Assembly (NCBI GenBank): GCA_025998875.1
Contig: AP024675.1
Coordinates: 1,641,077 to 1,705,076 of the forward strand
DNA from: Bacteroidota bacterium
GTDB taxonomy: Bacteria > Bacteroidota > Rhodothermia > JANXDC01
Direction: 5' to 3'
DNA: 64,000 bases
The notes beneath the pieces were generated by a model, which ran no database searches, had not been told where the DNA came from, and saw nothing but the letters and a program-made list of their open reading frames with translations. Position 1 is the stretch's first letter. Each line of letters starts with the position of its first letter. The position numbers and the translations under genes were made by a program. Of this stretch, positions 49,459 through 59,568 are shown in pieces.

Positions 49459-50469
49459 TTACTTCGTCAGCCGTTCGGCGATGGCCTCGGCGAATTGCAT
49501 GGTGCTGGCCGTTCCTCCCAGATCCGGGGTGCGTATGCGGCCCTCCCGGAGCACGTCGTGCAAAGCGTTTTGGATGCGGCAGGCCAGCTCCCTTTCGCCC
49601 AGATGTTCGAGCATCATCGTGGCCGAGAGCAAAAGCGCCGTGGGGTTGGCCCGATTCTGCCCGGCGATGTCGGGTGCCGATCCGTGTACGGCCTCGAAGA
49701 TGGCCACCTCATCGCCAATGTTCGCCCCGGGAACCAATCCCAGCCCGCCCACCAGGCCGGCGCAGAGGTCGGAGAGGATATCCCCGAAAAGGTTTGTGGT
49801 CACAATGCAGTCGAATGTCTCCGGACGCATAACCAGCTGCATGCACAGATTGTCGATGATCTTGTCCTCAAAGGCGATGTCCGGATACTCCCGGGCGATC
49901 TGGCGTCCGACCTCGAGGAACAGGCCGGAGGTTTTCTTCAGGATATTGGCCTTGTGGGCGAGTGTGATCTTGCGCCGTCCGTGCTGGCGGGCGTACTCGA
50001 AGGCGAAACGGATGATGCGTTCCGAGCCGCGTCGGGATATCCGGGCCACGGCCTCGGCCAGTTCCAGGTTCTCGTCGTAGGACTCAATTCCTGCATAGAG
50101 CCCCTCGGTGTTTTCGCGAAACAGCACGATGTCCACCTCAGGAAAGCGCGTCAAGACGCCGGGGAGCGTGCGGCTGGGACGGACGTTTGCGTACAGATCA
50201 AACGTCTGCCGCAGGGTGACGTTGACGCTGCGAAAGCCCGTGCTTACGGGCGTACTTACGGGCCCTTTCAGGGCCACCCGGTTGCGGCGGATGGACTCCA
50301 GAAGGGAGTCGGGAAGCGGGGTTCCGTGCGTTTCCAGAGCAGCGGAACCGGCCTGCTGCCAGTCCCAGTCGATCTCCGCCCCGGCCGCTTCCAGAACGTG
50401 CAGCACGGCGCGGGTGACTTCTGGACCAATGCCATCTCCGGGAATGAGCGTGACGCGATGGCGAGCCAT
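49459..50469 (-). CDS. Isocitrate/isopropylmalate dehydrogenase family (NAD-IDH-like)
   Basis: IPGDGIGPEV, ALKGP..TP...GFRSVNV, RENTEGLY, HKANILK, NLFGDILSD, EAVHGSAPDIAG. Confidence 0.9.
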   Translation of the reverse strand: MARHRVTLIPGDGIGPEVTRAVLHVLEAAGAEIDWDWQQAGSAALETHGTPLPDSLLESIRRNRVALKGPVSTPVSTGFRSVNVTLRQTFDLYANVRPSRTLPGVLTRFPEVDIVLFRENTEGLYAGIESYDENLELAEAVARISRRGSERIIRFAFEYARQHGRRKITLAHKANILKKTSGLFLEVGRQIAREYPDIAFEDKIIDNLCMQLVMRPETFDCIVTTNLFGDILSDLCAGLVGGLGLVPGANIGDEVAIFEAVHGSAPDIAGQNRANPTALLLSATMMLEHLGERELACRIQNALHDVLREGRIRTPDLGGTASTMQFAEAIAERLTK

Positions 50470-50524
50470 ACATACCTCGTCGTGCGTGGTCTGGATCAAG
50501 AACGGGGCAAAGGTACGAACGAGC

Positions 50525-51583
50525 TCAGGTGTTCAACCATCGGGCTGCTGGATGCAGGCGACGGAACGTCGTCTGCCAGGAGAGCGCGGCCTTCCGGGGT
50601 ACCTGTTCGATGAGCGCGGCCCAGGAGCGTTCCAGGTAGAAGCGCATGACGTAGTGGGTGAGTTGGGACCGATCCCAGAGCTCGGTCCAGGCAAGCCACC
50701 AGGATCGGCCATCGGGACAGGCGGACAGGGAGGCTGTGGCGTGGGCCAGAGCCAGGAGGAGCTCTTCGATGCGCCGCTCATGTCCCTCCAGGAGGCTGCG
50801 TCCGTTTCGAAAGCCCGGAAGGGAATCATAGAAGTCGTCCCATTCCGCGTGATTGGCGGCGAAAAGCCGGCGTAGCGCCTCCAGAAGCGCCAGCAGCTCC
50901 TCCTGGGCCCGTTGGGCGTCCTGATAGAGCAGGCCTACCTGAAAGCGGAAGAAACTTTCCTGTGCCTCCAGCTGTATGCGCTCCCGTAACTGGGAACCAT
51001 CCAGGGGCGTCTCCCACCACCAGCTTAGCTCTGGGGTCTGGAAAGCGGGCGGGACGGGCCGTGCTTTGGGGGGATGGGCGGACCAGGGAAGAGCCGGAAG
51101 CGGCACATCCCACAGGGCCTCTTCGATGTGGTGGTGCAGGAAGCGTAGCTCCTCCTCCTGAAGCTCCGCTTCCAGGGCCGGGCTCAGATGATGCAGCAGG
51201 CGCAGGAAGTGATGCTCCAGATAGTCGCGAAACGCCGACAGGTCGGCAAAGTAGGCGACGAGAAACCGGCTTCGGGCGGGCTCCTCCGGGGGAAGGAGTT
51301 CAAGCTTACGGTCGAAGACGGCCAGATTGGCCGTGGCCGTCCGGGTTTCGGTCTGAAAATAGCTCGCCTGGCCTCCCGGACGGGGCCGAATACGCTCTGC
51401 ATACGGAGGCAACAGCCAGACGGCCTCCAGGTAAAACCACCGGAGCAACCGGGCCCGGAAGCGCTCATATGTGGTTTGCGCCGCATCGTCGTCCCCGAGA
51501 GCCAGCAGGGCCTGATGGGCGGCCAGCGCTTCCAGTAGCTCCTCCCATCGGGTCTTGACCAGCAAAGAGAGCGTATCGGGCAT
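50525..51583 (-). CDS. Hypothetical all-helical protein, possibly tandem degenerate hemerythrin-like
   Basis: 352 aa ORF co-directional with the GT cluster; two similar helical halves joined by a Pro-rich linker. Confidence 0.55.
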   Translation of the reverse strand: MPDTLSLLVKTRWEELLEALAAHQALLALGDDDAAQTTYERFRARLLRWFYLEAVWLLPPYAERIRPRPGGQASYFQTETRTATANLAVFDRKLELLPPEEPARSRFLVAYFADLSAFRDYLEHHFLRLLHHLSPALEAELQEEELRFLHHHIEEALWDVPLPALPWSAHPPKARPVPPAFQTPELSWWWETPLDGSQLRERIQLEAQESFFRFQVGLLYQDAQRAQEELLALLEALRRLFAANHAEWDDFYDSLPGFRNGRSLLEGHERRIEELLLALAHATASLSACPDGRSWWLAWTELWDRSQLTHYVMRFYLERSWAALIEQVPRKAALSWQTTFRRLHPAARWLNT

Positions 51584-51585
51584 CT

Positions 51586-52764
51586 TTACTGTACCGCAAG
51601 ATCCACAGGAGCCGGCTTCCACGCACGCCAACGTCCGCTCACCTCCTCGTAGAGGAGGGTAAGCAGGCCGGCGTAGAAAAGATCGTCCTGCGTCTGAATG
51701 AGCGTCCGGTTATGGTGGCCGTATCGGGTCAGCGTGCTCGGCTCGAGCGCGAGTTCCCAGAGCGCCCGGCTCAGCGCGTAGGGGTCGTCTACGGGGATCA
51801 GAACCCCGTTGTAGCCGGGTTGTACGATATCCGGTATGCCCCCTACGGGGGTGGCTACGATGGCCATGCCGGCCGCCATGGCCTCCATGAGCACCATGGG
51901 CATGCCCTCGGCCCGGGAGGGGAGGACGAGCACGTGATGGGACCGGAAGGCGCGGTATTTTGCTTCGCCGAAGATCCAGCCCAGATCCTCGCACCAATCC
52001 TCAAGCCCCATCTGGCGCAACCGTTCTCGGTAGAGATCCGACAGGGCGGCCAGGCTGAAGCGGACCGGGGCCTGCTCTTTTTTGAGTATCCGAGCGGCCT
52101 CAAGCACCGTGTCGATGCCCTTGCGAGGTAGCTCTTTACCCCCGACGAAGAGCACGCGCAGCGGGGGGGCGGGAGGGCGTTCTCCCGCTCGGGGCGAGAA
52201 GGCTTCAACGCGCAGGCTGGGAGGCAGGACCAGTATATGGCGATAGCCGCGTTCCTCCAGCAGCCGATGGTCTTTCTCCGAGAGCACCACGAAGCGATCC
52301 ACGCGCTCAATCACCCGCCAGATCAAGGGGCGTAGAAAGGGGAGCTCGTTGCGATAGTAGGTTTCCAGATCGTAGTGAAAGTGCAGAATAACGGGTAACC
52401 CCCTGCTTTTGGCCATCCACACGTACAGGGCCGATTCCCAGAACGGGGCGAAGGGCGGTGTGTGTACGTGCACCACGTCGGGCCGGACGCTTCGAAGCAC
52501 GCCGGGAAAGGCGGCCAGATGTTGCAGGGTAACCCAGGCCCCTTTGAGCAGTCGGCCCAGGCCGTCGCTCAGCAGGGCCCGGTAGCCCGGATCTCCCACG
52601 CCCCGCTTCTTTGGAGGGCGGCTGGTGTTGAATGGGATAAGGTCTACTCGCTGAGCCAGCGGGCCCTCGAGCATTTGCACGAGCTGAGCCGTGATACCCC
52701 CCACGGTGGGAGGGAAAAGCCCTACGAGGAGTACGCGTAGAGGGCGGGCAGATGGCGTCGGCAT
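51586..52764 (-). CDS. Glycosyltransferase family 4
   Basis: PPTVGGI, RKG, PSRAEGMPMVLMEAMAAG, VGGIPD. Confidence 0.9.
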   Translation of the reverse strand: MPTPSARPLRVLLVGLFPPTVGGITAQLVQMLEGPLAQRVDLIPFNTSRPPKKRGVGDPGYRALLSDGLGRLLKGAWVTLQHLAAFPGVLRSVRPDVVHVHTPPFAPFWESALYVWMAKSRGLPVILHFHYDLETYYRNELPFLRPLIWRVIERVDRFVVLSEKDHRLLEERGYRHILVLPPSLRVEAFSPRAGERPPAPPLRVLFVGGKELPRKGIDTVLEAARILKKEQAPVRFSLAALSDLYRERLRQMGLEDWCEDLGWIFGEAKYRAFRSHHVLVLPSRAEGMPMVLMEAMAAGMAIVATPVGGIPDIVQPGYNGVLIPVDDPYALSRALWELALEPSTLTRYGHHNRTLIQTQDDLFYAGLLTLLYEEVSGRWRAWKPAPVDLAVQ

Positions 52765-53873
52765 AGGCGTTCGTATAACGCTATGGTGGATTGGGCGATA
52801 CGGTCCCAGTTGAGCGGACCGGCCACCTGTTCGGCTATGGCGGCCTGCATGCGCTGCCGGGCGGCCGGATCGGTGAGCACTTCGGCCAGCGCCCGGGCCA
52901 GGGCGCGCACGTCGCGGGGGGGCACGATGCGTCCTGTCCGTCCGTCGAGCACCAGCTCCGGAAGGCCCCCCACGGCCGTGGCCACCACGGGTTTCCCGAA
53001 GGCGTAGGCCACCGCGGCCACACCGCTCTGGGAGGCTTCTATGTACGGCAGGGCCACCACATCGGCGGCCTCAAAATAAGCTCCCACATGCTCGATGGGA
53101 ATATACCGGTTGTGCACCAGATAATTTTTCCCCTCCGCATCATAGCGGGCGATCAAGGCCTCTACGTCCTCTCCGGATCCGGCGATGACCAGGCGCACGT
53201 TCGGTATCCAGGCCCTCAGGAGCCGGTTGGCTTCCAGGAGCAGGGGTAATCCCTTGTAAGGCATGATCCGACCAAAAAACAGCACCGTAGGTCCTTCGTG
53301 GTCCGGCAACCGAAATCCGCCATCGTAGGCCTGACGATAGAGCTCATGGACTCCATGGGGACGCACATGCACGCGCTGCGGATCCAGCGCGTATTTATCG
53401 ATGGCCCACCGGCGCAGGCTCTCCCCATGGACGATAATCAGATCGGATCGGCGCACCTGATAGCGCCGGACCAGGGGCAGGGTTTTGCGCGACTGCCAGT
53501 CCCCGGGATGGTGTTCGACATCATGGAGCGTGGTCACCACGGGGATCGAGCGTACCCGGGGCAGGATGAGCGGCAACCAGAGGTCGATATGCTGCAGGTG
53601 CAACACGTCGGGTCGTTGCTCAAGCACCCAGCGGGCCAATTTGCGCATGAAGAACGGGTTGCGCAGGCTGCGAAACCGGGGCCAGTCCGGAAAGCTGACC
53701 AGCTCCACCGCCGGGGATACCCACCTACCCAGGGAGCCAAACTTATTGGCCGGCACCCCCAGCACGACCTCCAGACCCTGGCGCGCCAGGGCGTTCGACA
53801 GGGGTACGGCGTAATCGAAGGTGCCCGTAACCAGCATGACGATGCGCAGAGGTCGACTCATGGTATCAACCAC
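52722..53873 (-). CDS. Glycosyltransferase family 4
   Basis: FFGRIMPYKGL, LPYIEASQSGV, GKPVVATAVGGLPE. Confidence 0.9.
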   Translation of the reverse strand: MVDTMSRPLRIVMLVTGTFDYAVPLSNALARQGLEVVLGVPANKFGSLGRWVSPAVELVSFPDWPRFRSLRNPFFMRKLARWVLEQRPDVLHLQHIDLWLPLILPRVRSIPVVTTLHDVEHHPGDWQSRKTLPLVRRYQVRRSDLIIVHGESLRRWAIDKYALDPQRVHVRPHGVHELYRQAYDGGFRLPDHEGPTVLFFGRIMPYKGLPLLLEANRLLRAWIPNVRLVIAGSGEDVEALIARYDAEGKNYLVHNRYIPIEHVGAYFEAADVVALPYIEASQSGVAAVAYAFGKPVVATAVGGLPELVLDGRTGRIVPPRDVRALARALAEVLTDPAARQRMQAAIAEQVAGPLNWDRIAQSTIALYERLCRRHLPALYAYSS

Positions 53874-55273
53874 CGGCTATAGCGTGTGATCTGTATGAAG
53901 GCCCACACCCCGAGCGGGATTCCATAGCTCACCGCCCCGATGGCCATCAGGAAGGGAATGGAGCTGAGGCCCTTTGATAGGGCGGTCCACAGGTTGAGCG
54001 TCAGCACCCCGTTGGCCAGCAAAAGCGGTATGGGGACGAGCTTGCGCAGTTGCCACTGAAACAGATGCCGACGCAGGAAGCTGTATTCAACCACGAAGAA
54101 GAACGCAATCCCGATCAGCACGGCACTGGCCGCCCCGAGGGGGCCATAAAGGGGCGTGAGCACGATACCGAGCACGGCTAGCAGCCCCAGGGAAAGCAGG
54201 TTGGCGATCATATCGAGCCGCTCCAGGCCGGCGGCCACAAGGGCGTTGGCCTGGATGAGATTCCAGCTGTTGAAGAACAGCACCCCCAGCCACAGGCGCA
54301 GCAGGGGCACGGTATCGGCAAATTCCGGTCCGTACAGGGTCATCAAGATGGGTTCGGCGGCCAGTATGCCGCCGATCACGATCGGCAGCAACAGGAGTGC
54401 CAGCACACGCGCCGTATGATGGCACAGTTCGGTGAAGCTGATCATCTGGGCTGGATAGAGCTTGCTCAGCGCGGGCTGCAGGGAGGTGGTATAGCTGAGC
54501 GCGATCAGGATCAGGGCATCAAAAAAGCGCTGCGCGGCATAGAAGTGCCCGGCCTGTATGGGGGTCGTGAAGGCGCCCAGGAGCAGGATGGGTAGTTGCC
54601 AGAACAGGATCGAGGCCGTCGAGATGACGGCAAACACCCAGTAGGTTCGGATGATCTGATGAAGCAGGGAGCTGTCCAGTGCGGTCCAGCGGATCCGGAG
54701 CTGCCTCCGAGCGCCCTCAAAGAGCAATACTGCGCTTCCCAGGCGCGCAGCGATCACAGCCATGATGGCGCCTTCTAAGGGTTGTCGGCTCAAGATAGCC
54801 CAGCCGACTCCGGCCAGCTTGAGCAGGCCATCGAGCAGGGAGGCCAGCGCGGGCAGCAGCTGACGCTCATAGGCCGTAAAGAGCCCCTCCAGAATATGCG
54901 CCTTTACGCCCACTGCCACCCACAGAAGCAGCATGCAGAGCCCGTAGCGCAGAGAGAGGACGTCAAGCACCTGCGCTCCCAGGCCGAGCAGGAGGGCCAG
55001 CAGGAGGGACAGGCCCAATCCGAGGAGGAGACTGTGGGTGAAGTAAGCGCTTGCCCGTTCCGGTGAGCGCGCGATATCCCGGGAGAGCAGGGGTTTGAGG
55101 CCTGATCCGGCTCCGGTAAAGGCGATCAGGTATAGGGCGGAGAATAGTCCAAACATCCCCAGGCCCTCGGCCCCATAGGATCGGCCCAGCGCAACGGCCA
55201 CCGCAAATCCGGAGCTCACGCGAAGGCCATGGGCGATAAGCAGAAGCAAGGCGTTGCGGTGTAGTGTTCCCAT
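53858..55273 (-). CDS. Wzx-type oligosaccharide flippase
   Basis: 12-14 TM segments, N-terminal RNA..L, LGRSYGAEGLG, PLYGPLGAA; polysaccharide cluster context. Confidence 0.85.
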   Translation of the reverse strand: MGTLHRNALLLLIAHGLRVSSGFAVAVALGRSYGAEGLGMFGLFSALYLIAFTGAGSGLKPLLSRDIARSPERASAYFTHSLLLGLGLSLLLALLLGLGAQVLDVLSLRYGLCMLLLWVAVGVKAHILEGLFTAYERQLLPALASLLDGLLKLAGVGWAILSRQPLEGAIMAVIAARLGSAVLLFEGARRQLRIRWTALDSSLLHQIIRTYWVFAVISTASILFWQLPILLLGAFTTPIQAGHFYAAQRFFDALILIALSYTTSLQPALSKLYPAQMISFTELCHHTARVLALLLLPIVIGGILAAEPILMTLYGPEFADTVPLLRLWLGVLFFNSWNLIQANALVAAGLERLDMIANLLSLGLLAVLGIVLTPLYGPLGAASAVLIGIAFFFVVEYSFLRRHLFQWQLRKLVPIPLLLANGVLTLNLWTALSKGLSSIPFLMAIGAVSYGIPLGVWAFIQITRYSRWLIP

Positions 55274-55286
55274 CGTTTGGCACCGG

Positions 55287-56777
55287 TCATGGAGCCTGCA
55301 GCTTCAGCCGCCGTAGCGCCAGCAGCACACCCAGGGCGAACCAGAGATAGACCATGTACGGTACCCCCAGCGTGCCGGGCTCTTTAAGCCCTACAATTAG
55401 GTTGGCCACTACTCCGCTGAGCAAGCCCAGTGCCAGGGCCGCAAATCGGGGTTCTGGCTCCAGTGCGACCTGCAGACCGATCAACATGGCATAAAAAACG
55501 AGACTCAACCACAGAAACAGACCCGGCAGGCCGATCTCGGAGGCCAGGTGCAGGTAGACGTTGTGTACGGGATAGCGGAAGCGTCGGGTTACACGCTCTG
55601 AGGTGTCGTCGTAGTTGTCCATGACGTAAATGTAGTTGCCCAGCCCGATGCCCAACCAGGGATGATCCCGGATGATGTTCTGGGAAATCTGAATGAGCGG
55701 GATGCGGGTCTGTGCGGCGCCTTGGTCGTCACCCGTGATCCGGCTGTAGATATAGTTCCAGGCCGGCACGACCAGAATGAGCGAGGCGATAAGCAGGGGC
55801 ACGAAACGTCGCAACAGGTTTACCGGATAGCGCGGCTGGGCCAGCCCGCGAAGCCCGAGCAAAAACAGGAAGGCCACCAGCCCAACCAGGAGGGCAAACC
55901 AGGCACCGCGGGAAAAGGTGGCGATGAGCGCTCCGGTGGCCAAGGCGAGCGTGAGATACTGTACGGGGCGCTCCCAGCGCTTCTCCCGATACGGCCAGGC
56001 CAGTACCAGGGGCATGAAGGTCACCAGATACCAGGAATAGTTGTTCGGCGATCCCAGTAGCCCCACCACGCGCGCAATGCGCGGGTCCGTGGGCAGCGGG
56101 GAAAGCAACCACGGCGGCACACCGCCCAGCTGCGGGATGAGCAGCAGACGGGGTACAAAGAACTGCAGGATGCCGAAAGTGCTCATGATGAGCATCCAGA
56201 CCATGAGGGCGCGAAGCAGGAATTTCAGATGCGCGATGTCCTCTAGGCCCGCGATGAGGTAGAAGAACATGAGCATCTGCAGCAGAAAACCAAACAGGGC
56301 GTAGAAGCTGAACTGGGGCTGGGGGGCAAAGGTGGCGCTGGCCAGACCAATAATAAACAAGGAGGCCACCACGACGAAGGGGAACAGAGCCTGATAAATC
56401 GGAAACGGTCTGCGTTCCCGACGCAGGCCGTACGTAATCCAGAGCAAAATGGCTGTAAAGCCCGTCAGCGTCAGCGGAAGGCCGGGTGGACTGCCTACGT
56501 GGCCGGGCTGGAACTGGGGATGGATGTCAATCTCGGCCGATACGCTCAGGGCCAGCAGGATCAACAGCGCCCGATCCAGGTATTGGGAGGCCACCAGCAG
56601 ACCGCTCAGCACAAGCGGTAAGATGGCCGAAACGACGAGCCAGCGGGGGTGCACGGGAAGACCCGGAAGGGCCGTAACGAACAGCCCCACCAGCAGGGCG
56701 AGCAGGCCAATGGCGAAGAGAAAACCATATCCGGCCGGTGGACCGGTCCGAAGAGCGGGTTCGCGCAGCCCGTTCAT
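55287..56777 (-). CDS. O-antigen ligase / Wzy_C family protein
   Basis: G..GSPN, TFSRGAW, HPWLGIGLGNY, VHNVYLHLASEIGLPG. Confidence 0.85.
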   Translation of the reverse strand: MNGLREPALRTGPPAGYGFLFAIGLLALLVGLFVTALPGLPVHPRWLVVSAILPLVLSGLLVASQYLDRALLILLALSVSAEIDIHPQFQPGHVGSPPGLPLTLTGFTAILLWITYGLRRERRPFPIYQALFPFVVVASLFIIGLASATFAPQPQFSFYALFGFLLQMLMFFYLIAGLEDIAHLKFLLRALMVWMLIMSTFGILQFFVPRLLLIPQLGGVPPWLLSPLPTDPRIARVVGLLGSPNNYSWYLVTFMPLVLAWPYREKRWERPVQYLTLALATGALIATFSRGAWFALLVGLVAFLFLLGLRGLAQPRYPVNLLRRFVPLLIASLILVVPAWNYIYSRITGDDQGAAQTRIPLIQISQNIIRDHPWLGIGLGNYIYVMDNYDDTSERVTRRFRYPVHNVYLHLASEIGLPGLFLWLSLVFYAMLIGLQVALEPEPRFAALALGLLSGVVANLIVGLKEPGTLGVPYMVYLWFALGVLLALRRLKLQAP

Positions 56778-57622
56778 GGCAATACCTTTCTTTTACCGAT
56801 CCGCGTATGCATTACATCCCACAGCAAGAGGGGCAAAAAGAGCGTAGCTCTGGCGTAGCGGCGCCCCAAGCGTCGGGGTTCCTGCACGAGTCGGGCCAGC
56901 CATTCCAGGCCCATGCGTTGCATCCAGCGCGGCGGCCTGCGCCAACGTCCGGCCTCGGCGTCCAGGGCGGCACCGATGCCGATGGCAAGAGGTACGGTGA
57001 GGCGATCGAAGTGCTCCGCGATCCAGAAATCCTGCTTGGGTGCGCTCAGGCTCACCCACAGCACGTCCGGGCGCGCCGCTTCGATGCGCTCCAGCATATA
57101 CGCGTTTTCCCGATCCGTGAAACGCTCTCGAAACGGGGGGCTGTATGCGTCCACGATCTGCAGGCCCGGATAGCGCAGGGGCAACTGCTTGCGCAGGGTG
57201 TCGAGCACCTCGGGCCGGGAGCCGAGCAAAAAGAACCGAAAACCCTCCCGGGCGGACCGGGCACAAAAGGCGGGAAACAGATCCAGCCCGGTTACCCGCT
57301 CCGGGATCGGCTCTCCATACAGGCGGCTTGCCCACACCAGGGGCATGCCGTCGGGCAGCACCAGATCGGCTGTGTTGTAGATCTGTCGCAGCGCCGCATT
57401 CCGATAAGCGTCCAGCACCCCGTTGGTGGGCACCACGCAGATCCGACGGCGCTGCCCGGACCGAATCCAGCGCACCATGCGCTCGATGGTCTCTTGGAGG
57501 GTGATGCGCGACAGGCGTACGCCCAGAATCCGGACCCAGGATACGGGACCCGTCTCTGCGATGGCCGCTTGCGGGATCTCGAGAGCGTCTTTGTTCATGA
57601 TCCTTTCTCCGGCAGCCGCCAC
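56774..57622 (-). CDS. WecB/TagA/CpsF family glycosyltransferase (GT26)
   Basis: PDGMPLVWA, RVTGLDL, SAPKQD, GLEWLARL..EPRRL.RRY. Start 57622 or 57598. Confidence 0.9.
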   Translation of the reverse strand: MAAAGERIMNKDALEIPQAAIAETGPVSWVRILGVRLSRITLQETIERMVRWIRSGQRRRICVVPTNGVLDAYRNAALRQIYNTADLVLPDGMPLVWASRLYGEPIPERVTGLDLFPAFCARSAREGFRFFLLGSRPEVLDTLRKQLPLRYPGLQIVDAYSPPFRERFTDRENAYMLERIEAARPDVLWVSLSAPKQDFWIAEHFDRLTVPLAIGIGAALDAEAGRWRRPPRWMQRMGLEWLARLVQEPRRLGRRYARATLFLPLLLWDVMHTRIGKRKVLP

Positions 57623-59568
57623 AGCTCAAGCACGAAACGCGCCTTGGGGGGCAATCCGTACGCATAAAGCACAAAGCTTTGGATCAGCTCGCTGCCGCGG
57701 GGTACGAAAACCATATACTGGCCGATTTCGGGGGCGATGATGGCCTCCTGGGCATAACGCCAGTCTGGCCTTCTGCCATACGGTACGACCACGGGGGCCT
57801 GTCCCCGGGCCAGCAGGCTGTCCGGATCGATCGGAGGCCAGGATCGAATGCGCGGCCAGTCCGGTACGGCGAAGTCCTCATCATAGCGGAGGGCCAGCGC
57901 ATATCCGCGCTGAAACACCTCGGGCTGGTAATTGTAGCGGATTGAGGGGCGTAGCACAGGCGCCCGGGTTTCGGCCAGGGGCAGGTTGTAATGGGCCACA
58001 ACGGGATCTGCGCCGACGATCCCGGCTATGGCGCGGCCCGCATCCCGGAAGGCGTAGGAGGGGGGAAGCCAGGTGAGCAGATAGGGGAGCTCGATCGCCA
58101 CCAAAAGTCCCACCACGGCGGGTCGCATCCTGAGCCCTTCGAGTAGCCGTTCAAGGAAGGTTTCCTCTCGGCCCAGCGTCCAGATCAGCACAAGACCAAG
58201 GGCACCTCCCAGGGCGATCAGGGCCCAGGCCGGTCCGTGCAGGAATCGGACCCCATACCCCAGCAGGGGCATCCCGATGAGCACAAAGCTGCTCATGCGG
58301 GCTCGGCGCCAGAAGCTCAGATCCGGTTCCCGACCTCGCAGCAGGGCCAGCAGGAGGGCATGCGTCAGGTATCCGGTGAAGCTGAGCAGGGATACGCCCA
58401 CCACGTTCAGTCCGGGCTCCTGACCGATCCCAATGGGTAGCCGCTCCCCTATTTGCAGCCCTATTCCGTGCAGTACGCTCCAGGGTATCCACAGGGCCCC
58501 GAGCCAGCGCAGGAGCCGGCCCCCGCTCGAACCCCCGGAGGGGGCCGCCTGCCAGCTCCAGCGTCTTCCGGCCAGATACAGGGCTGCCAGGTAGGCCAGC
58601 GCAGGAAAAGCGGGCAGAAACCGCCGTTCGGGCTGATAGGAAGAGGTGGCAAAAAGCGCCATGTTGCCCACAAGCAGAATGAGGGCGAAGGCTTCCGTCT
58701 CCTCCAGTCGGTTCAGGGTCTCTCGGAAGCGTGTGAGCGCGTTCTGCAGTAGGGGCAGAAGGTTCCACAGGGCCAGCAGGGCCACCAGGGGGATGAGTCC
58801 CACAAACGGGTTTACCCAGAAGTTCAACCAGAAGTAGGGGCGAATGTAGATCGGCGCGCTCGACCGATTTCGGGCAATCCAGCCCGCATAGTCCGGATGG
58901 ATGACGAAAAACCCATAGGGCACGGCCACCAGGGCGCCGCCCAGGCAGAACAGGCCCAGAGCGCGCCAGGACCACCGGCCCCGATAGGCCTCCCAGAGCA
59001 AAAGCAGGGCGTAAATGGGAAAGAAGTAAAAAGTAGAGGTCTTCAGCAGAGCCGTCAGGCCAAGCAGGACGCCGGAGAGGAAAAACCGGCCCCGCCGCCA
59101 GGCCAGCAGGCTCAAAAGCAGGCTCAACACCAGGGTCGACTCGATAAACCCCACGCGGCTGTAGAGCAGGGGGCCGGCCGAGATGGCGTACAACACCGTG
59201 ACGTAAAGGGCCACCTGCGGGCGGGTGCGTTCATAAAAGAGCCCGTACACGACCGGGAGCGTGAGCGTGCCGGCCAGCGCCGAGAGCACCCGCATGGTTT
59301 CGATACTCACGCCCAGCCAGGAGAAAATCACCCCCTGCAGCACGGTGAAGAGCCAGGCGCTCACCCAGGCCTGATAGAAACCATCCAGATGCCAGGTGCC
59401 GAAAAGCGCATAATGCCGTCCGTTATGGGCCCACCACAGCTCGTCTGTGATAAACCCCCGATCGATGAGCCAGGGGGGATCGGCGCCGAGGAAAATCCAT
59501 CTCAGCAGGATCCCCGCCCCCAGAAGCAGGCCCAGGAGGGAAAATATGTGCTTCCCCTTCTGCGGCAT
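57595..59568 (-). CDS. ArnT/PMT-like (GT-C fold) membrane glycosyltransferase
   Basis: N-terminal TM, then the TDE..W acidic loop, R..SAL.G, many TM segments, PERRFLP. Confidence 0.7.
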   Translation of the reverse strand: MPQKGKHIFSLLGLLLGAGILLRWIFLGADPPWLIDRGFITDELWWAHNGRHYALFGTWHLDGFYQAWVSAWLFTVLQGVIFSWLGVSIETMRVLSALAGTLTLPVVYGLFYERTRPQVALYVTVLYAISAGPLLYSRVGFIESTLVLSLLLSLLAWRRGRFFLSGVLLGLTALLKTSTFYFFPIYALLLLWEAYRGRWSWRALGLFCLGGALVAVPYGFFVIHPDYAGWIARNRSSAPIYIRPYFWLNFWVNPFVGLIPLVALLALWNLLPLLQNALTRFRETLNRLEETEAFALILLVGNMALFATSSYQPERRFLPAFPALAYLAALYLAGRRWSWQAAPSGGSSGGRLLRWLGALWIPWSVLHGIGLQIGERLPIGIGQEPGLNVVGVSLLSFTGYLTHALLLALLRGREPDLSFWRRARMSSFVLIGMPLLGYGVRFLHGPAWALIALGGALGLVLIWTLGREETFLERLLEGLRMRPAVVGLLVAIELPYLLTWLPPSYAFRDAGRAIAGIVGADPVVAHYNLPLAETRAPVLRPSIRYNYQPEVFQRGYALALRYDEDFAVPDWPRIRSWPPIDPDSLLARGQAPVVVPYGRRPDWRYAQEAIIAPEIGQYMVFVPRGSELIQSFVLYAYGLPPKARFVLELWRLPEKGS

